IMG/VR virus record: IMGVR_UViG_3300038468_000190
Coordinates: 32,001-96,000 of that record
Reading direction: 5' to 3' (one strand)
Origin: a virus
DNA length: 64,000 nt
Translations under genes and position numbers: made by a program
Notes under the pieces: model-generated
What the model saw: the letters and a program-made list of their open reading frames with translations, nothing else
Databases searched by the model: none
Told to the model about the DNA's origin: nothing
Shown here: piece after piece, positions 17,798 to 31,163 of the stretch
Layout: every line of letters starts with the position of its first letter
Numbering within the stretch: position 1 is the stretch's first letter

Positions 17798-20700
17798 CGG
17801 CGGTTTTCGATGCGCTACGTCCAATTCCGGCCCCGGAGGGCACGCCCGACCGGACACCGGAGGGGCGCCCGTGGGTGTCCTGGGTGAAGACGGGCGGCTA
17901 CCAGGGCTGGAGAGCCGGCGCGCGCCCAGTAACGAGCGACGGACGCTTCTGGGACTCCGTGCTCTCCATTGCAGGAGCGTACTTCGGCACGCACGCCGAC
18001 GACGTGCACTGTCTCGGTGACGGCATCTTGTCGGTCGGCGTCCTCGGCGTGACGCTCGGGTCGGGCTACGCCGAGCGGCTTTTGCAGCAGTGCCTCCTGA
18101 CCGACCCCATCCGCTTCGTGAACGTCATGGCGCCGATCCTCGCAACCGGCGCCCGTATGAAGCCGAGCGGTAAGAGCGCGAGCGGCGTTGCGCTCGTCGG
18201 CCCCGAGGGCCGCCCGCTCGTGGCAGCTTCCGAGAAGCGCGACCTGGTCATGCTCGGCTCTGACTCCGTCACCTGGACGAACGCCCAGAAGGGCCGCGCG
18301 CGGCTCTGGGTGTCCTCCGTCTCGGAGCTTCTTCGGGACACCGCCATGGACCGCGCGCAGCGAGACTTCGCCTCCGAGATCTTGCCGGCCCTCCTACCGA
18401 AAGACATCCAGCACGCGCTCCGCTGGCCGGGACACACCGAGGACACGTGGATGTACACGAAGGAGCTTCAGGCCGCCTGGGCGTTCGCGATGGTGACCGT
18501 CGCTGCCGGCGCCGCCTCGGTCGCGCTTCTCGGCTCCCTCCTTGCTGAGTATGAAAACACGACGATGACCGACGCGTTGCTCCTCGGCGGGATGGAGATG
18601 AGTAGCCTCTGGCTGATGAAGATCACGCGAGAGACCTTCGGCATATGAACAAGAACAAGCTCGCTCGCCAACACGGCTTCTTCTCCTGGGAGGAGCTTCT
18701 CAGAGAAGCGAAACAGGCCCGAAAGCTCAGAGAGGAGCTCCGACAGGTGAGGCAACAGCAGGCTCCGCTCGAACACGCGGTCTCCGAGGTCGCCGGCGAG
18801 CGAGTGCTCGTCAGCGCCGAGCGCGCGGCTCTCGCGAGCGCCTACCGTGACGTCGCGCGGCTCTACCGAGAGCGCGGGGCATCGGAAGAGCGCGCGAGCC
18901 AGGCGGCGAAGGTGCTTGCGGGATACTACGAGGGCCACGCCGAAGAGCTCGAGACCGGAAAGACGCGGGCTGAGCTCATCAGGCAAGAGGCGCAAGAGAT
19001 CCGAGAGGCCGGCGGCATCCCGGTCGAAAGGTTCGGTGACCGGTGATTACGAAAAAGCAACAAGAGATCCTGGACAGTATCGAGAGCGAATCGAGCCGCG
19101 AGCATTACCGGGCGCAGTTCGAGATGCAGAACGAGCTCGGTGACGACGTCGAAGCCGGAGGCATCTTCGACGCCCCGAACGTCGCCGGCTTCTTGAGTGC
19201 CCCCGGCTACGACAACAGCCGGAACGTTCTCCGTCAGGAGATCGTCGCCGGCAAAGAGGTCAGCGTGCCGGACGGCCTCTTGGGAGAGGGACCACGACTC
19301 TCGAGCGACGAGGCGATCGACGAGGCGATCGACGAAGCGGAGCGCGCGGCCGGGCTCGGCAGAGTATCGCCGGAAGACGTCCCCCCTGCCGAACAAGAAG
19401 CCCCGTCCATGGAGGTCATCGTCGAGACCGTGGCCGCCGAGGTCGCCGCCAAGGAGCGACGTCTGGTCACGGCTCTCGTGGTCCTCACCGTCGCCATCGT
19501 GCTCTTCGCGGCGTGGTGGCTCTCATGAGGGAGTTCACGGTATCGCTCGCGCATCCGGAGTGGGCCGACCAGCATAGCTGGTTCGAGGTCGATGCTTCCG
19601 ACCGGAACATGGACGTGTGCCCCGAGCTCCGCCCGTGTCCGACGTGCGGCTCGGTGTGGGTCGAGCTCACGGCGGTCGGCGTCAGGGATCCGCACATCAC
19701 CGGCCGGCTCGACAAGAGCTGGATCAATCTCGACCTCCGTACCGTCGCGGTGACGGTGCCCGGCACTTACTTTCAGGAGATCGTGGCCGCGCGCGTCGAG
19801 TGCGCCGAGGGGCATTCTTACGAGACGGACGGTCACCGCTACACCAGGACGCCGTCGTGGAAGGACGGCGTGGACCTGACCGTGAGCCTGGACGCGGTCG
19901 TCTACACGCTCGGCAAGCCGGGCCGAGGCCGTATCCGCAAAGCATGGAGAGTGCGGTGAAGACGCTCGAGCTGGCAAGGGCGATCTTCGTCGGGGCCGCT
20001 GTGGGTCTCGGTCTCTGTATTGTGTTCGCCTTCACCAGCGAGCCGCCTCGCGATTGCTACAAGTCGACGATGGGCAATCCCGAGGAGGTCGTCATGATCG
20101 ACGGCGATCCCTTCGCCTGTTCCAACAACCTCAAGGGCTACCGCTGCCAGAAGATGGTGCCATGCCACTGAAACGAGACGTGGAGTTCGAGGAGCCGAGG
20201 ACTTACGACGAGGCGATGGAGCTTCGGAGCCGGCTCATCTCGGAGGTCGACGAGATCCAGGGGACGCTCGCCGTCAGAAAAGATCTCGAATGGCGAAACG
20301 CCGCCCTCCGGTCGCTTCGCGACAAGCGCGAACAGCTGCGCTCGGTCAAGGACTGGATCCGCAAGAACGATCCGCGAAAGCAATCGGAGTGGGAGCTCCT
20401 CTCGAGAGCGTACGGCCTGCTCGAGGCCGTCGCGCCCGTCGCGGTCGGACACGCGGAAGAAATCGAGGCGCTCCTCGATGCGATCGAGCTCGTCGTGCCG
20501 GGTAAGTATCTCGGAAAGGCGGGAGCATGAAGAAAGACAAGGAGACCAAGGCCGACAAGCGCCTCCGTCAGGCAGAAAAAGCTCTTCGCTCGGCCGAGCG
20601 GAACAGGCGGCTTGCCATTGCCGAGCGCGATAAAGCCCGAGTGAAGTACGCCGCGGCGCGGCCGCTCACCGAAGACGAGCGAGATGAGCTTGCCCGGGCA

Positions 20701-20898
20701 GTCGCGAAGGGACAAGCGCTCTGCTGTGATGCGGGCCGCAAGTGGCTACGGCGTCGGCTCCCCGAGCCTTGGGCCCAGGCCGTGAACGAGTGGGCGTATA
20801 TTCGGCTCAGTTGCACAGAAAAAGACCCGAGTTGGCTCGAGAACTACGCTGCAAGAGTTCGAAAGCTCGAGCTCGATCGGTTTCCTTTTTGTGACTGA
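17794..20898 (+). other. Run of translationally coupled hypothetical ORFs (17794-18648, 18645-19046, 19043-19528, 19525-19959, 19956-20171, 20158-20530, 20527-20898)
   Basis: Successive ATGA/GTGA overlaps. Confidence 0.6.
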
Positions 20899-20971
20899 CA
20901 CTCGTGACTTAGGCAGCCCCGATACCGGCCGGGTCTTCCCTCATTCCGCACACGAAGCTAAATAGTCCGTC

Positions 20972-21802
20972 ATGAAACACCTTCGCATCTGGGCATTGTG
21001 CCTCCTCACGGTCTTCGGTATTTCTCGAACGGCGTCTGCGACGCGGACCGAGTCGCTCGCCCGCTGGCTCTTCGAGACGGCCAAGGAGCTTCCGCGCAGT
21101 CACGCGCCAGGCGAGACGGAGTCCGAAGAGCACGCGCGCCTCGAGCGCGTGTCGAAGGCGTACGCCCAGGCGGTCGTGCCGTACGCCGACGGCAAGGGCT
21201 GGACGGCGAGCGAGCTCGCCATGGCCCTGCTCATCCTCATCGCCGAAGAGACGAAGCTCGACAAGAGGATCCACGAGGGGACCGGGCACCCCGTCTGGCA
21301 CGAAGATCACGGCCGGTCGAAGTGCCTCGGCCAGGTGCAGGCCTCTGGCCTCGTGCCGCGCCCGATCTGGGCAACGCTCACGGGCTCGGACGACGACGCC
21401 ACGCTCCGCTGCGCCGAGGCGACGGCGACCGTGTGGGTGTCGATGGCCAAGCAGTGCGGCGTCTGGTACAGCCAGCGTGCGAGCCGGGCAAGCGTCGCGG
21501 CGACGTTCATGGCGTATGGGAGCGGCGGGAGCTGCACCCCCGGCGAGCGAGAGTGGGCGCGGGCGGACAAGTGGCTCGCCCGCATGCAAAAGCGCCCGGA
21601 CCGCTCGCCCATCCGGGGCTACCGGCGGGCGTTCCCGTCGGAGGTCCCGGACGACGTAGAGCGGGAGGCGACGGCGCTCCTCGGGAGCGAAGACTTCCGC
21701 ATCGGTCACGAACGCCGGATGGACGGCTGGGCCTTGCGGGTCGAGCGGCACGCCGACGGCAAGGTCGGCGTCAGCGTCTTTTTGGAGGACAGTCCCCAAT
21801 GA
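20972..21802 (+). CDS. Secreted protein, possible lysozyme/transglycosylase-like fold; contains a CRISPR protospacer match
   Basis: Signal peptide MKHLRIWALCLLTVFG; LIAEET...EDHGRSKCLGQV. Confidence 0.55.
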   Translation: MKHLRIWALCLLTVFGISRTASATRTESLARWLFETAKELPRSHAPGETESEEHARLERVSKAYAQAVVPYADGKGWTASELAMALLILIAEETKLDKRIHEGTGHPVWHEDHGRSKCLGQVQASGLVPRPIWATLTGSDDDATLRCAEATATVWVSMAKQCGVWYSQRASRASVAATFMAYGSGGSCTPGEREWARADKWLARMQKRPDRSPIRGYRRAFPSEVPDDVEREATALLGSEDFRIGHERRMDGWALRVERHADGKVGVSVFLEDSPQ

Positions 21803-22760
21803 AGAAACGCCGCATTACGGACGACGAGGTGGACGAAACGGCCAAGGAGGTCGACCGCATCATGCGCGAGGTCGGCCCGATGCTCGCTAAGCGCGAGCAT
21901 TTGCCGGCAGCGATGGCGCTCGGGCTCATGGCGGCGCATCATGTGCTACACGACGGAGGGAGCGAAGAAGACTTTTTGCGCCTGTGCGGAGCGGCCTGGA
22001 AACGGTCGCTCGAGGTGCACGAGAACTGCCGGCACTGAGGGCCGGGCTGCGACTGAAAGGAGCTACCAGAGTGAGCCATAGACACGGTTTGGAACCGTTC
22101 GGCAAGAAGGAGCCCACCACGTGAGCGGCGCCTTCAGCGAAGAGCTCGGTCGCGCGGCCCTCACCCTGGCTGCCATCGGCGGAGCGCTCGGGATCGGGTA
22201 TGTGCTCGGCTGGGGCGCCGCCCGTGAGCGCGCGCTCATCGCGCCCGCCGCGTCGTCGCCGCTTGCGTCGGTCGTCTCGAGCCAGCTCTCGCCGTCGGCT
22301 AGCAGCCCGGTTATTCCGCTCGGTGCTGACTACGAAGAGCGACACGCCGCCGCCGGAGCCCGCAAGAACGACGCCATCGACCGCTGCGAGAAGGAGGGCG
22401 GCGCGAGCGCCCTCGGCTTCGGATACAGCGTCATCTGCCTCAAAAAGAACGCGGTCAGTTGGCAGTTCGATCCGAACTTTCCTCCACTAAGCGAGGGGCT
22501 CAAGTGATGCGCCGCGAGCAATGGGACGCGATTCGAGACCTGACGTGGTTTCGGGGTCTTCAAGCGGAGGTCACCGAACACGTGGACGAGCTCCACAAGG
22601 TCATCGACGGGATCCGAGCTGTGTTTCCCCGCTGCCACTGGCCGAACTGCTCGAATATCGGCGTGAAGTGGATTGCCCGGCACGTCCTCTACTGCGACGA
22701 GCACGGATCACCGTTCTTGCAGGATGCGCCGTGGGCGGAGTTCGTGAGGAAGGAGGGCTT

Positions 22761-23036
22761 GTGACGCTCCTCGACGCGAACGGCTATCTCTCCTTCCTGC
22801 TCAACGTCGCCGGCAATCTCTTCCTCGCCTGGAAGTGGCGAAGCGGCTGGGTCGTGCGCATCGTGGCGATCGTGAGCTGGGGAGTCTACGGCGTCGAGCT
22901 CGGGAGTAAGCCCATCATCGCGAACGCCGTCACGTTCTTCTGCATCAACTGCTACGGCTGGTACAAGTGGCGGAAGGATGAGGCGAAGAAGGCCGCGGAC
23001 GAGAGGTGGTTCGAGGAGCAACGGAGGCTTGCATGA
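22761..23036 (+). CDS. PnuC-like small membrane protein
   Basis: Three hydrophobic segments ending INCYGWYKWRK. Confidence 0.55.
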   Translation: MTLLDANGYLSFLLNVAGNLFLAWKWRSGWVVRIVAIVSWGVYGVELGSKPIIANAVTFFCINCYGWYKWRKDEAKKAADERWFEEQRRLA

Positions 23037-23413
23037 GCGACGGAATGAGTGACGCAAACGCCGAGGGAGAGCTCGCCAGCAATGTCTGGCGCGCGGCGTT
23101 CGATCTCCGAGAGGCCATCTGGGCGCTCGGCAAGGCGATACAGCGCGCCCGCATGGGCCATCGCGGATGGAACATCCCGCGGGGCTTCATCGTGCGCGAG
23201 GTGAACGACCTTCTCCGTGAAACCGACTTCGGGCTCACGGATAAGAGGCCGGACAAGTGCTTCGAGCACTACGGGGCCGGGGCCTATAAGCCGCGGGAGA
23301 GCTGGAGAGAACTCGAGCTCCGTCGCGAGGTGGAGGGGCTTCGGTCCGAGCTCGAGGCGAAGGACAAGGAGATCCGCAATCTCCATGCTCTGTTCGACGG
23401 AGCGTACATTTAG

Positions 23414-23632
23414 ATGCGGCGCACGTGGATTCGTACGGCCGACGAGCTTCCGGAGATTGGGGAGCGGGTCCTGATTTGGCCGCTCGCATGCATCGCAATG
23501 CGCTGCGAGAACGACGCGGAGTGGCAGGACGATGCGTCGGGCTGGCACTGGGAGGGCGACGGAGAGGGGCTCGTGATCCTGAACCGTGTCACCCACTGGC
23601 ATCCCCTCTCGGGCCCAGAGGAGCAATCGTGA
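23414..23632 (+). CDS. DUF551-like phage protein
   Basis: WIRTADELPE...VLI...VTHWHPL. Confidence 0.7.
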   Translation: MRRTWIRTADELPEIGERVLIWPLACIAMRCENDAEWQDDASGWHWEGDGEGLVILNRVTHWHPLSGPEEQS

Positions 23633-24596
23633 GCATTCCGAGCTGTGGCTCATGGCCAGCCTACAAGGTCGAGACGTCCGACTCGGAGCGCGCCGTCATC
23701 GTCTACGCGCGAAATCCCATGGAGGCTCGCCGCCTCGGCGCGGAGAAGCTCGAGTGCCACTACGAGGAGCGGGACTGCTCGGTCGAGCGCACCCCCGAGT
23801 GGGACGACGGCTACGACACGCGTGCGCTCCTCGATGCCGGCTGGCACTGGGAGTGCGGGGGCTGCTACCGATACTGCTACGGCTCGGATCCCCATCTCGT
23901 CGTCCGGGACGACGTCGCCTACTGCTCGGCGGCGTGCTGTATCAAAGAGCTCAAGCGCGAGCGCGCCCGTCGTGAAGCAGAATGGCGCGGCATCGAGCTC
24001 GTGACGCGTCTCGCGCCCGGCATCGAGATCCGGGGCCTCTTCTTGAACGTAGCCGGTGAAGTCGTGGCGGAGGTCGTCCGTCCCGAAAACGGCCACCGGA
24101 CGGTCGAGCGGTTCGTGGAGGAGCCATGAAGCCGAGCATGACGGAGCTCGAGGCGGAGCGCGCCCGGGTGTTCCGGGGCCTGCACGCCGGCAAGCTCGGC
24201 CGGCATCTCGACATGCCAGCGGAGCGATTCACGTACGAAGTCAGCGAGACCGGAATCGGTGCGAAGATTGTCGTCCGTTGCCGGTGCGGTGACAGCCTCG
24301 ACATCACGGACTACGAGTCATGGTGACGCGGAGCGCTCCGCCGCCCAATAGGTGCCAGGTCTGCGGCCTGCGCGAGTCGATGGGCGTTTTCTGTTCGCCG
24401 CTCGGAGCGATGTCGCTCGCGTACTGCGGCGTGTGCGGTGGCCTCGGCCTCGAGCCCCCCGGGCTCATCGCCGGCATGGTCGACGTGAACGGCGGCTGGG
24501 ACGCCGTCGCCGACTGGCTCCGCGGCTACCCGGCGCACGCGATCCACATGGGGATGCTCGTGCTCCACGATAGGGTTCACTTCTACAGGGCCGCCG

Positions 24597-24974
24597 ATGC
24601 CTGAGCCGAAGACGAAGCGGTGGTTCGTGATCGTGACCGGCTCCAGAAAGTGGTCGGACGCCGAGGCGATTTCGCGCCGGCTCGAGAAGTACCCAAAGGG
24701 CACGATTCTCCTCCACGGCGGCGCCGTCGGCGCGGACAGAATCGCGGCCGCCATCGGCCGGGGGCGAGGCTTCGACGTCCTGGCGGTGCCCTATTTCCGG
24801 GAACTCGACAATGGGGGCGGCCCCGAGCGTAACGCCGCCATGGTGGCGATGGGCGCGGCGGTGACGAAGTGGTTTCAGGTCGTGGTCGAGGCCTTCCCTC
24901 TGCCCGGCGGGACGGGCACCCAGGACTGCATGCGGCAGGCCGAGGCGGCGGGCCTCTCGGTGGAGAGTAAATGA
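24597..24974 (+). CDS. SLOG-family (YspA/DUF2493-like) protein
   Basis: VIVTGSRKW...LHGGAVGAD...GPERNAAM...AFP..GGTGTQDC. Confidence 0.8.
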   Translation: MPEPKTKRWFVIVTGSRKWSDAEAISRRLEKYPKGTILLHGGAVGADRIAAAIGRGRGFDVLAVPYFRELDNGGGPERNAAMVAMGAAVTKWFQVVVEAFPLPGGTGTQDCMRQAEAAGLSVESK

Positions 24975-27900
24975 CGAAGCCGAAGAACCCGCACCCTATC
25001 GCCGTCACGCCGATCCCGATGCGCCTCTATTGTCCCGAGTGCCACCGGCTCCACGTGGACGAGGGCATCTGGGCGACGAAGGTCCACCACACCCACTCGT
25101 GCCAGCACTGCGGCATGACGTGGCGCCCGGCCGTCGTCGCGACGGTCGGCGTACAGTTTCTACCAGGCTTCAAGAACTACTGATGGACGACGATGGAGAC
25201 GACGACGAGCTCGAGCGTTACATCGCGCTCTGTAAGAAAAAGACGCGGCGCTACGAGCTCGTCTGTCCCGGATGCGAGAAGGGAGTTCCGGTGCTCGACG
25301 GCGGGCGTTACCATTGTCCGGTGTGCTGCAGGGTTTCGACCCGGCTCTGCGAGCTCACGAGGCGAAAAGACAATGCGTAACCGCGCAAACCTGGTCGTGG
25401 GGCTCTTCGCGCTCGCCGTCGCTGGCTGGCCGGGCGGGACCCCGAGCGGCAATCTCCTCATCGGCGCTCTCGGTCTCCTAAACCTCGCTCTCTACATCTG
25501 GATGCCGAGGCTATGAAAAGGAAAGCGCTCCTGTGCGTGTGCGTCCTCGAGCAGCGGACGTTCAAGAGGAAGAAGGCGCTGCCGTGCTGGCAGTGCGGGC
25601 GCGGCAGGCCGGAGCGGCTCGGCCAGATACAAAGGAGCAGAACATGACGCGCGGGAGCGACGAGGAAAAGCCGATCAGTTTCGAGCTGCCGGTCGACGAG
25701 CTACGGCCCGACCCGGAGACGTTGCCCGGAGGCGGCTTTCTGCGGGTCTACGTAGTCGAAGTGTGGAGCCATGGAGGTTGGTGGCCTGGTGACACCTTCA
25801 CGCCCTACGCATACAAGGCGGCAGAACAACTGCAGGCGCTGAGGGTTCGCGGAGCGAAGGCGCGCGTCGTCGCCTACGTGCGGGAGCGCGTCCAATGAGT
25901 CAGCCGAATCCCGAGGCGCGCGCGCTGGGCGAATCTAAGCTCCCACGCGGCATGTTTCGTCCGGTGTCCGTCTACGTCTCAGACGATGGCGGCGAATACC
26001 TCGTGCGTGACTACGCGGGCCAGAGTGGGCGCTTCTGCGTGATCGGGCCCTGGACGGTCGACGTGTTGGCGTCATTCCCGAAGCTCCACGAGGCACACGA
26101 CTTCATCGAGAAGCGGGCCGGCAAGGGCAGATGGTGGGTGCGCGGATGACGAAAGAGTTTCGACGGCTTGTCCGCGCCGTACTCAGCGGACGCCTCAATC
26201 GCGTGAGCCTGTCGATTCGACACAAACGCGGCGGCTTCTATGTGGAAGCTCTGGCGGACACCGGCGAGCACGTGTTCGCTTCGGCCAGCTACGCGCACGT
26301 GCATCACATCGACGACAAGCGGGTCAAGCTGTCCGACGTACTGTTGGTGAGCGCGCGGAGGATGGGCGAGGCGTTCGCGATGGCCCTGCCAGATGAACGG
26401 GATCAGAAACGGAGCGGGTGAGCGGAGATGAAGCAGAGCTCTCAGCGGGTCACGAAGACGGCGATTCTCCGGAAGGTAGCTCCAGCCAGTCCTCGCGGTG
26501 AAGGCTGGGACCCGGGGGACTTTACTCGCGGGTACATTGCGGCCGTAGCGGAGTTCGCGCGTCGCCAGACGACCCCTGCTGCGGTGCTGTCAGCCGCTGG
26601 AATCACGCGCGAGGTCGCGAAGGCCGCTAGGCCTCTTCGCTTCGACATGGACGCGATTGAAGAGCATCTTGCTAGCTCAAAGACCAAGCGTGCGAAGACC
26701 CGTGCCGCCGAGATGAGACGTGCACGGACTTGGAGCAGATGATGAAGCACGTGACTCAGCCGTATACAATGTCGAACGCGCCGGTCGATTCTGTATGCCC
26801 AGAATGCCCACCGTACCGTCCGTTTCTGTGTCGACAACACCAAGAGGAGTACACGCGCAACTTGTTCGGGGATGTCGGCCCCGATGGTCGATGTCGCTGT
26901 CTTTCCCGCGAACACATCGGCACGTCAGGGTTTGTCGAATGGTGTCCGCGCTGCGGCTCCCTTGCGGTGTTCGAGGCCGGGCGATGGATATTTAAAACGC
27001 CGTCTGAGGTGAGCGGAATCAAAACCGGCGAGGGCTCGCGAAGATGAAGCATCCCCGAATCGGAAACCGTGCGCACCGGAGCACCAGAGAGGCGGTCTCT
27101 TGAGCAAGCTAAAAATGCCTGAGCGACAAACAGACGACGGGGCGGTTGCTCTGCGCCGAGTCGGTGAAAAGATCGCGGTGCACGTTACCGATGGCGGCGT
27201 CGATCAGGAGCTTGTTATGGGCGAGCACAACGCTTGGCGTATCTTCGGGATGCTCGCGGTCATGCTGCAAATCCCGCTCTCTCCGAAGGTCGGCAAGGCG
27301 ATCGTGTTCTCGCCTCCGGAAGGCGATCGAGGCCACGTTTCATTCAAGTTCGAAGTGCCGGAGCCGAAGACGCTCGGCGAGAGAGTCGCGCAACACCTCG
27401 TGGCGAAAGAGATGAAGGCCGCGCTGGGTGAGCGCGGAGGAAAGTGATCCGATGAGCCACGTGAAGCATCAGAAGACGGCAAGTCGCGCGAAGCGGAATC
27501 GCACTCATGAATGGTTCGATCTTCCCGTTGAACAGTGGATCGGAGTCGAGCTCGATAGGAGCCACCTGGCTCCGCACACCGTCGTCGTGGGCGGATATGC
27601 TCGCGCACGCCTGAAAAGTGCGAAAAGAGCAATCGCGCTCGCTGAAAAACTGAGGTCTGTGTTTCGCGAAGAAAGCGAGCGCGCGCCGTGAAGCATTCCC
27701 GAGCCACTGTCCGCGTGGAGCGGATCAAGAAAGAGGGAGTCTCTTGAGCGACGCGAAGCCACGGACGATCACTCTCAACGCCTACCAGCGCGCGAATCTG
27801 CTTTGGCTGATCCGCGCGTGCGGGTATCCGAGTAATCGCGATGGCAGCCCCTCCGGAGTGCCGCCGTTTACATGCGCGAACACGGGCGACTGGCTCGGTG

Positions 27901-28367
27901 AGGTGTACGGCCTTCTCGGCGGATTTGATGACGAGCCGGACCGCAGCCCGAATCAATCGCTGGACGGTCTGCGCAAGAGCGTCGCTTGGTGGTTCGACGA
28001 ACAGAAGACCAAGGTGCAACCGTGAAGCACTTTGACGAGGCAGTCCTTTGACCTACCGCTGTGGACTTGGCTTCCCCGGTCACGAGCGGCTACCGTCGAT
28101 CACCTGCGATGGCTGTAGAGTCGTGCTCACGCTCATCTCGAACCCGCCTCCGAAGTGGTTTCTGGACGGACGCGCCAAGCCGGGCTGGCTTCTGGTGCGT
28201 CACGAGGAGCGCGACGGTCACGTCAGAATGCGCTCCGACTACTGTCCCGCGTGCAAGGTGAGCAGGCGCAAAAAGACCAAGGTGCAACCGTGAAGCAGTG
28301 GGTAACGGCTGTCTGTGAGGACCGCGTCTCTGCAACCCCAAACTTTTCGAGAGGAGAGAATTGAATC

Positions 28368-28850
28368 ATGAAGATCTACGTAGCATCGTCCTGGCGGAAC
28401 CTTCTGCAACCCGGCATCGTGCACGCGCTTCGGCGTTGCGGTCACGACGTCTACGACTTCCGACACCCTAAGCCCGGCGACGACGGCTTTCGCTGGTCGG
28501 AGGTGGGCGGACCTTCGGGATACGTTCACGGCGACAAGATCCCGCCGAGCGTGTACCGTGAGATGCTCAAGCACCCGCGAGCGGCCGAGGGCTACGCGCA
28601 GGACATCGGTCACGTCCATTGGTGCGACGCCTGCGTCTACGTGCTGCCCTGCGGTCGGTCTGCGTCGTTCGAATTCGGTTACGCGATGGGGCAGGGGAAG
28701 CGCGGCTACCTCGTCGCGTTCGACGACATAGAGCCGGACCTGATGTTCCGTGAAGCGACCATCATCACGAACATGGACGAGCTGTTCGACGCTTTCGGCG
28801 AGCCAGCGGAGCACGGCGAGCTAGTTCAACGGACTGGGTCCGTGCCGTGA
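28368..28850 (+). CDS. Nucleoside 2-deoxyribosyltransferase-like protein
   Basis: KIYVASSWRN...VYDF...CDACVYVLPCGRSASFEFGYAMGQGK. Confidence 0.75.
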   Translation: MKIYVASSWRNLLQPGIVHALRRCGHDVYDFRHPKPGDDGFRWSEVGGPSGYVHGDKIPPSVYREMLKHPRAAEGYAQDIGHVHWCDACVYVLPCGRSASFEFGYAMGQGKRGYLVAFDDIEPDLMFREATIITNMDELFDAFGEPAEHGELVQRTGSVP

Positions 28851-30345
28851 AGCATCAGAAGGCGGTTATCCGCGCAGAGCCGGTCACGCAAACCCCAATC
28901 CCGCACGCTCCGGGATGTGGCTGTAACCCAGTGCTTCACCGGTACAAGTGCCGGCACTGCAAGCGCGTCGTCGGCTGGTGCATCGGCGCCTACGACGACA
29001 TCGAGCGCGCGGCTGGACCGATCTGCGACGATTGCGCCGCGAGCCGCGCGCATGAGGTGGCCCCATGAGTACCGTGAAGCGGCCGGGAACCGTAGTCAGG
29101 GAGAGAGTGGTGCCCGATGCTGTCGCAACTGACGCAACCGAAGTGGCCGCGGGCGTATACATGCCGGCGCACCAGACTCACGTAACGCTGGCGCCGTGGT
29201 TTGTTAGAGGACTCTCAGCTGTTGCTGACGACGAAAAGGAGCCGAACATGAATCCCACCGACCAAGGCCCGAAGCCCGACCCCTGGGACACGGCCGACTA
29301 CTACGAGTGCCGAGAGGGCGTCGAAGAACTCACGCACGAAACGCTCGAGGATGCGCTCGAGTCGTACCTCGACGGATGCATGGAGCCCGAGTGCGATGCG
29401 GAGGCGGTGATCCGGGCAGTCGGCATGATCGAGGTCACGGCGTATGCGCGCAAAACGGTCGATCCGGCAGACGCGAAGCGCTGGGCCGAGCGACTTGCCG
29501 ACGAGGTCAACGAGTCGTGGCGCGACGAGGAGTACGGCAATCCAGACGATGACCAGGGCGGCCCTGGCGACGACGAGTTCGTGCGAGAGGTGACCGCCGT
29601 AATCCAGCGCGCCTTCGACCGGACGGACGTGTGGCAGTGCGAACGCGTCGCCAAGCGGAAGTTTTCGACCGAAGAGCTACTCGCCATCATGAGAAAAGAG
29701 TGTCCGGAGTGGTTCCGGCCGGCGGAGAAGCCGTGAAGCCGAGCGAGACGCGGTCGTTTTGGGAGAAGCTCAAGGAGGCGCCGGCGGTGGTGCTCTTCGC
29801 CCCGCTCTTCTGGATAGCGCTCAGAAAGGGCTGGGGGCACTGATGCCCTGCCTCGGAACATGAAGAAGGCCGATCAGTCCGAGCGTCGATGGTTTCAGGC
29901 CGCCGACAGGACCGTGAAGGAGCTCGAGAGAAAACGAGCTTCGGCGGATACTGCCTACCGGCTGACGGGCCATCCGAAGCACGAACGCGAGCGCTTCCTC
30001 CTCGACACGACCCTCGACCAGGCCCGTCAGATCCGGCGCATGAGGGAGAAGGAGCTCCGCCGAGCAGAGGTCGAGGGGAGCGCCCCGACACCAACGGAAG
30101 AAGATCATGAAAGACCCGAATAGACGCCCCATCTTCGAGCCCTCGGTGCTGCCGGTGCAGACGCTGAGCTCGAAAAATCCTCACGGCCGCACGCCGCTCG
30201 AGGCACTTCTCATGCGCGCGCTCGGCACGAAGGACCCGCAAAGGCTCGAGAAGTTTCTCGCCACGCTCCGGGACAAGGCCGTGATTCTCGAGAAAGAAGG
30301 CTACGAAGGTCTCTGCCGGGAGATCCGCCGCAAGGTCGGTAGTAC

Positions 30346-30825
30346 GTGACCGGAACCGTTCGACGCGGCTTTCTGGAGGTCGATCCGTCGTGGGTCGAGT
30401 GGCTCCTCGCGGCGTCGACTTGTCTCCCCTCCTTCCAGATGAGTGCGGAGGGGAGCGCGTGGCAGTGGCGGGGGCCCTGGCGCTGGCCGCGCAAGGTAGG
30501 CCTCGGAGTGCCGTTCGTGAGGGCCGCGATCGAGCTCACGGGCGATGAGGAGCCGCACCACGTGAACTGGTGGGCCAATGTGCTTCGGGTAGGCGGCTCC
30601 TACCGGAGTCATTCGCACGACGGCCGGTGGGTCTTCGTCTACCACCTGACGGCCGGCACGGCGCTCCACTTCGAGACGGAGAGCTTTCCTGCGACGCCCG
30701 GGCAGATGCTGGTGTTCGGGGCGGGGCTTCGGCATTGGACCGACCGGGCCGAGCGCGATGCGCTGCCGCGGGTCTCGATCGTCGGCAATCTCTACTATAG
30801 GAGAGGCCACCGAGTGGGGGCCTGA
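30346..30825 (+). CDS. 2OG-Fe(II) oxygenase-like protein
   Basis: WANV...HSHD...VYHL...PGQMLVF..LRH...RVSIVGN. Confidence 0.7.
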   Translation: MTGTVRRGFLEVDPSWVEWLLAASTCLPSFQMSAEGSAWQWRGPWRWPRKVGLGVPFVRAAIELTGDEEPHHVNWWANVLRVGGSYRSHSHDGRWVFVYHLTAGTALHFETESFPATPGQMLVFGAGLRHWTDRAERDALPRVSIVGNLYYRRGHRVGA

Positions 30826-31163
30826 AGGAGCCGGAGCATGACCAAGAAGAAGAAAAAGATCCGACGGGAGCCCTGGGGCCCGCTGTGGATGCTGCAGGCG
30901 CAGCTCATTGGGTTTACGAGCTACAAAGGCAGAAAGCTCGGTCTCACGATCATCGGAACCGCTGGCGAGTACTTGCTCTTGGCGCTCGAGACGACTGCCA
31001 CCGCGCCCGAGGAAGTCTTGGGCGAGCATGCGCACGAGTCGCTAGGCACTTACCCCACCGTCAGCGCCGCCATGACCGCGGCGGCGGCGTACGCGAAGAA
31101 GTGGTGGCGCTCGCAGTCGAAGAAGACGGCCGGGCCGTGGTGCGGCTGCGTGGAGATCGAGGA

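Noticed and set aside
19306-19338. 12-nt tandem repeat (DEAI), and a similar one near 35965-35993
   Set aside because: Simple in-frame slippage duplications
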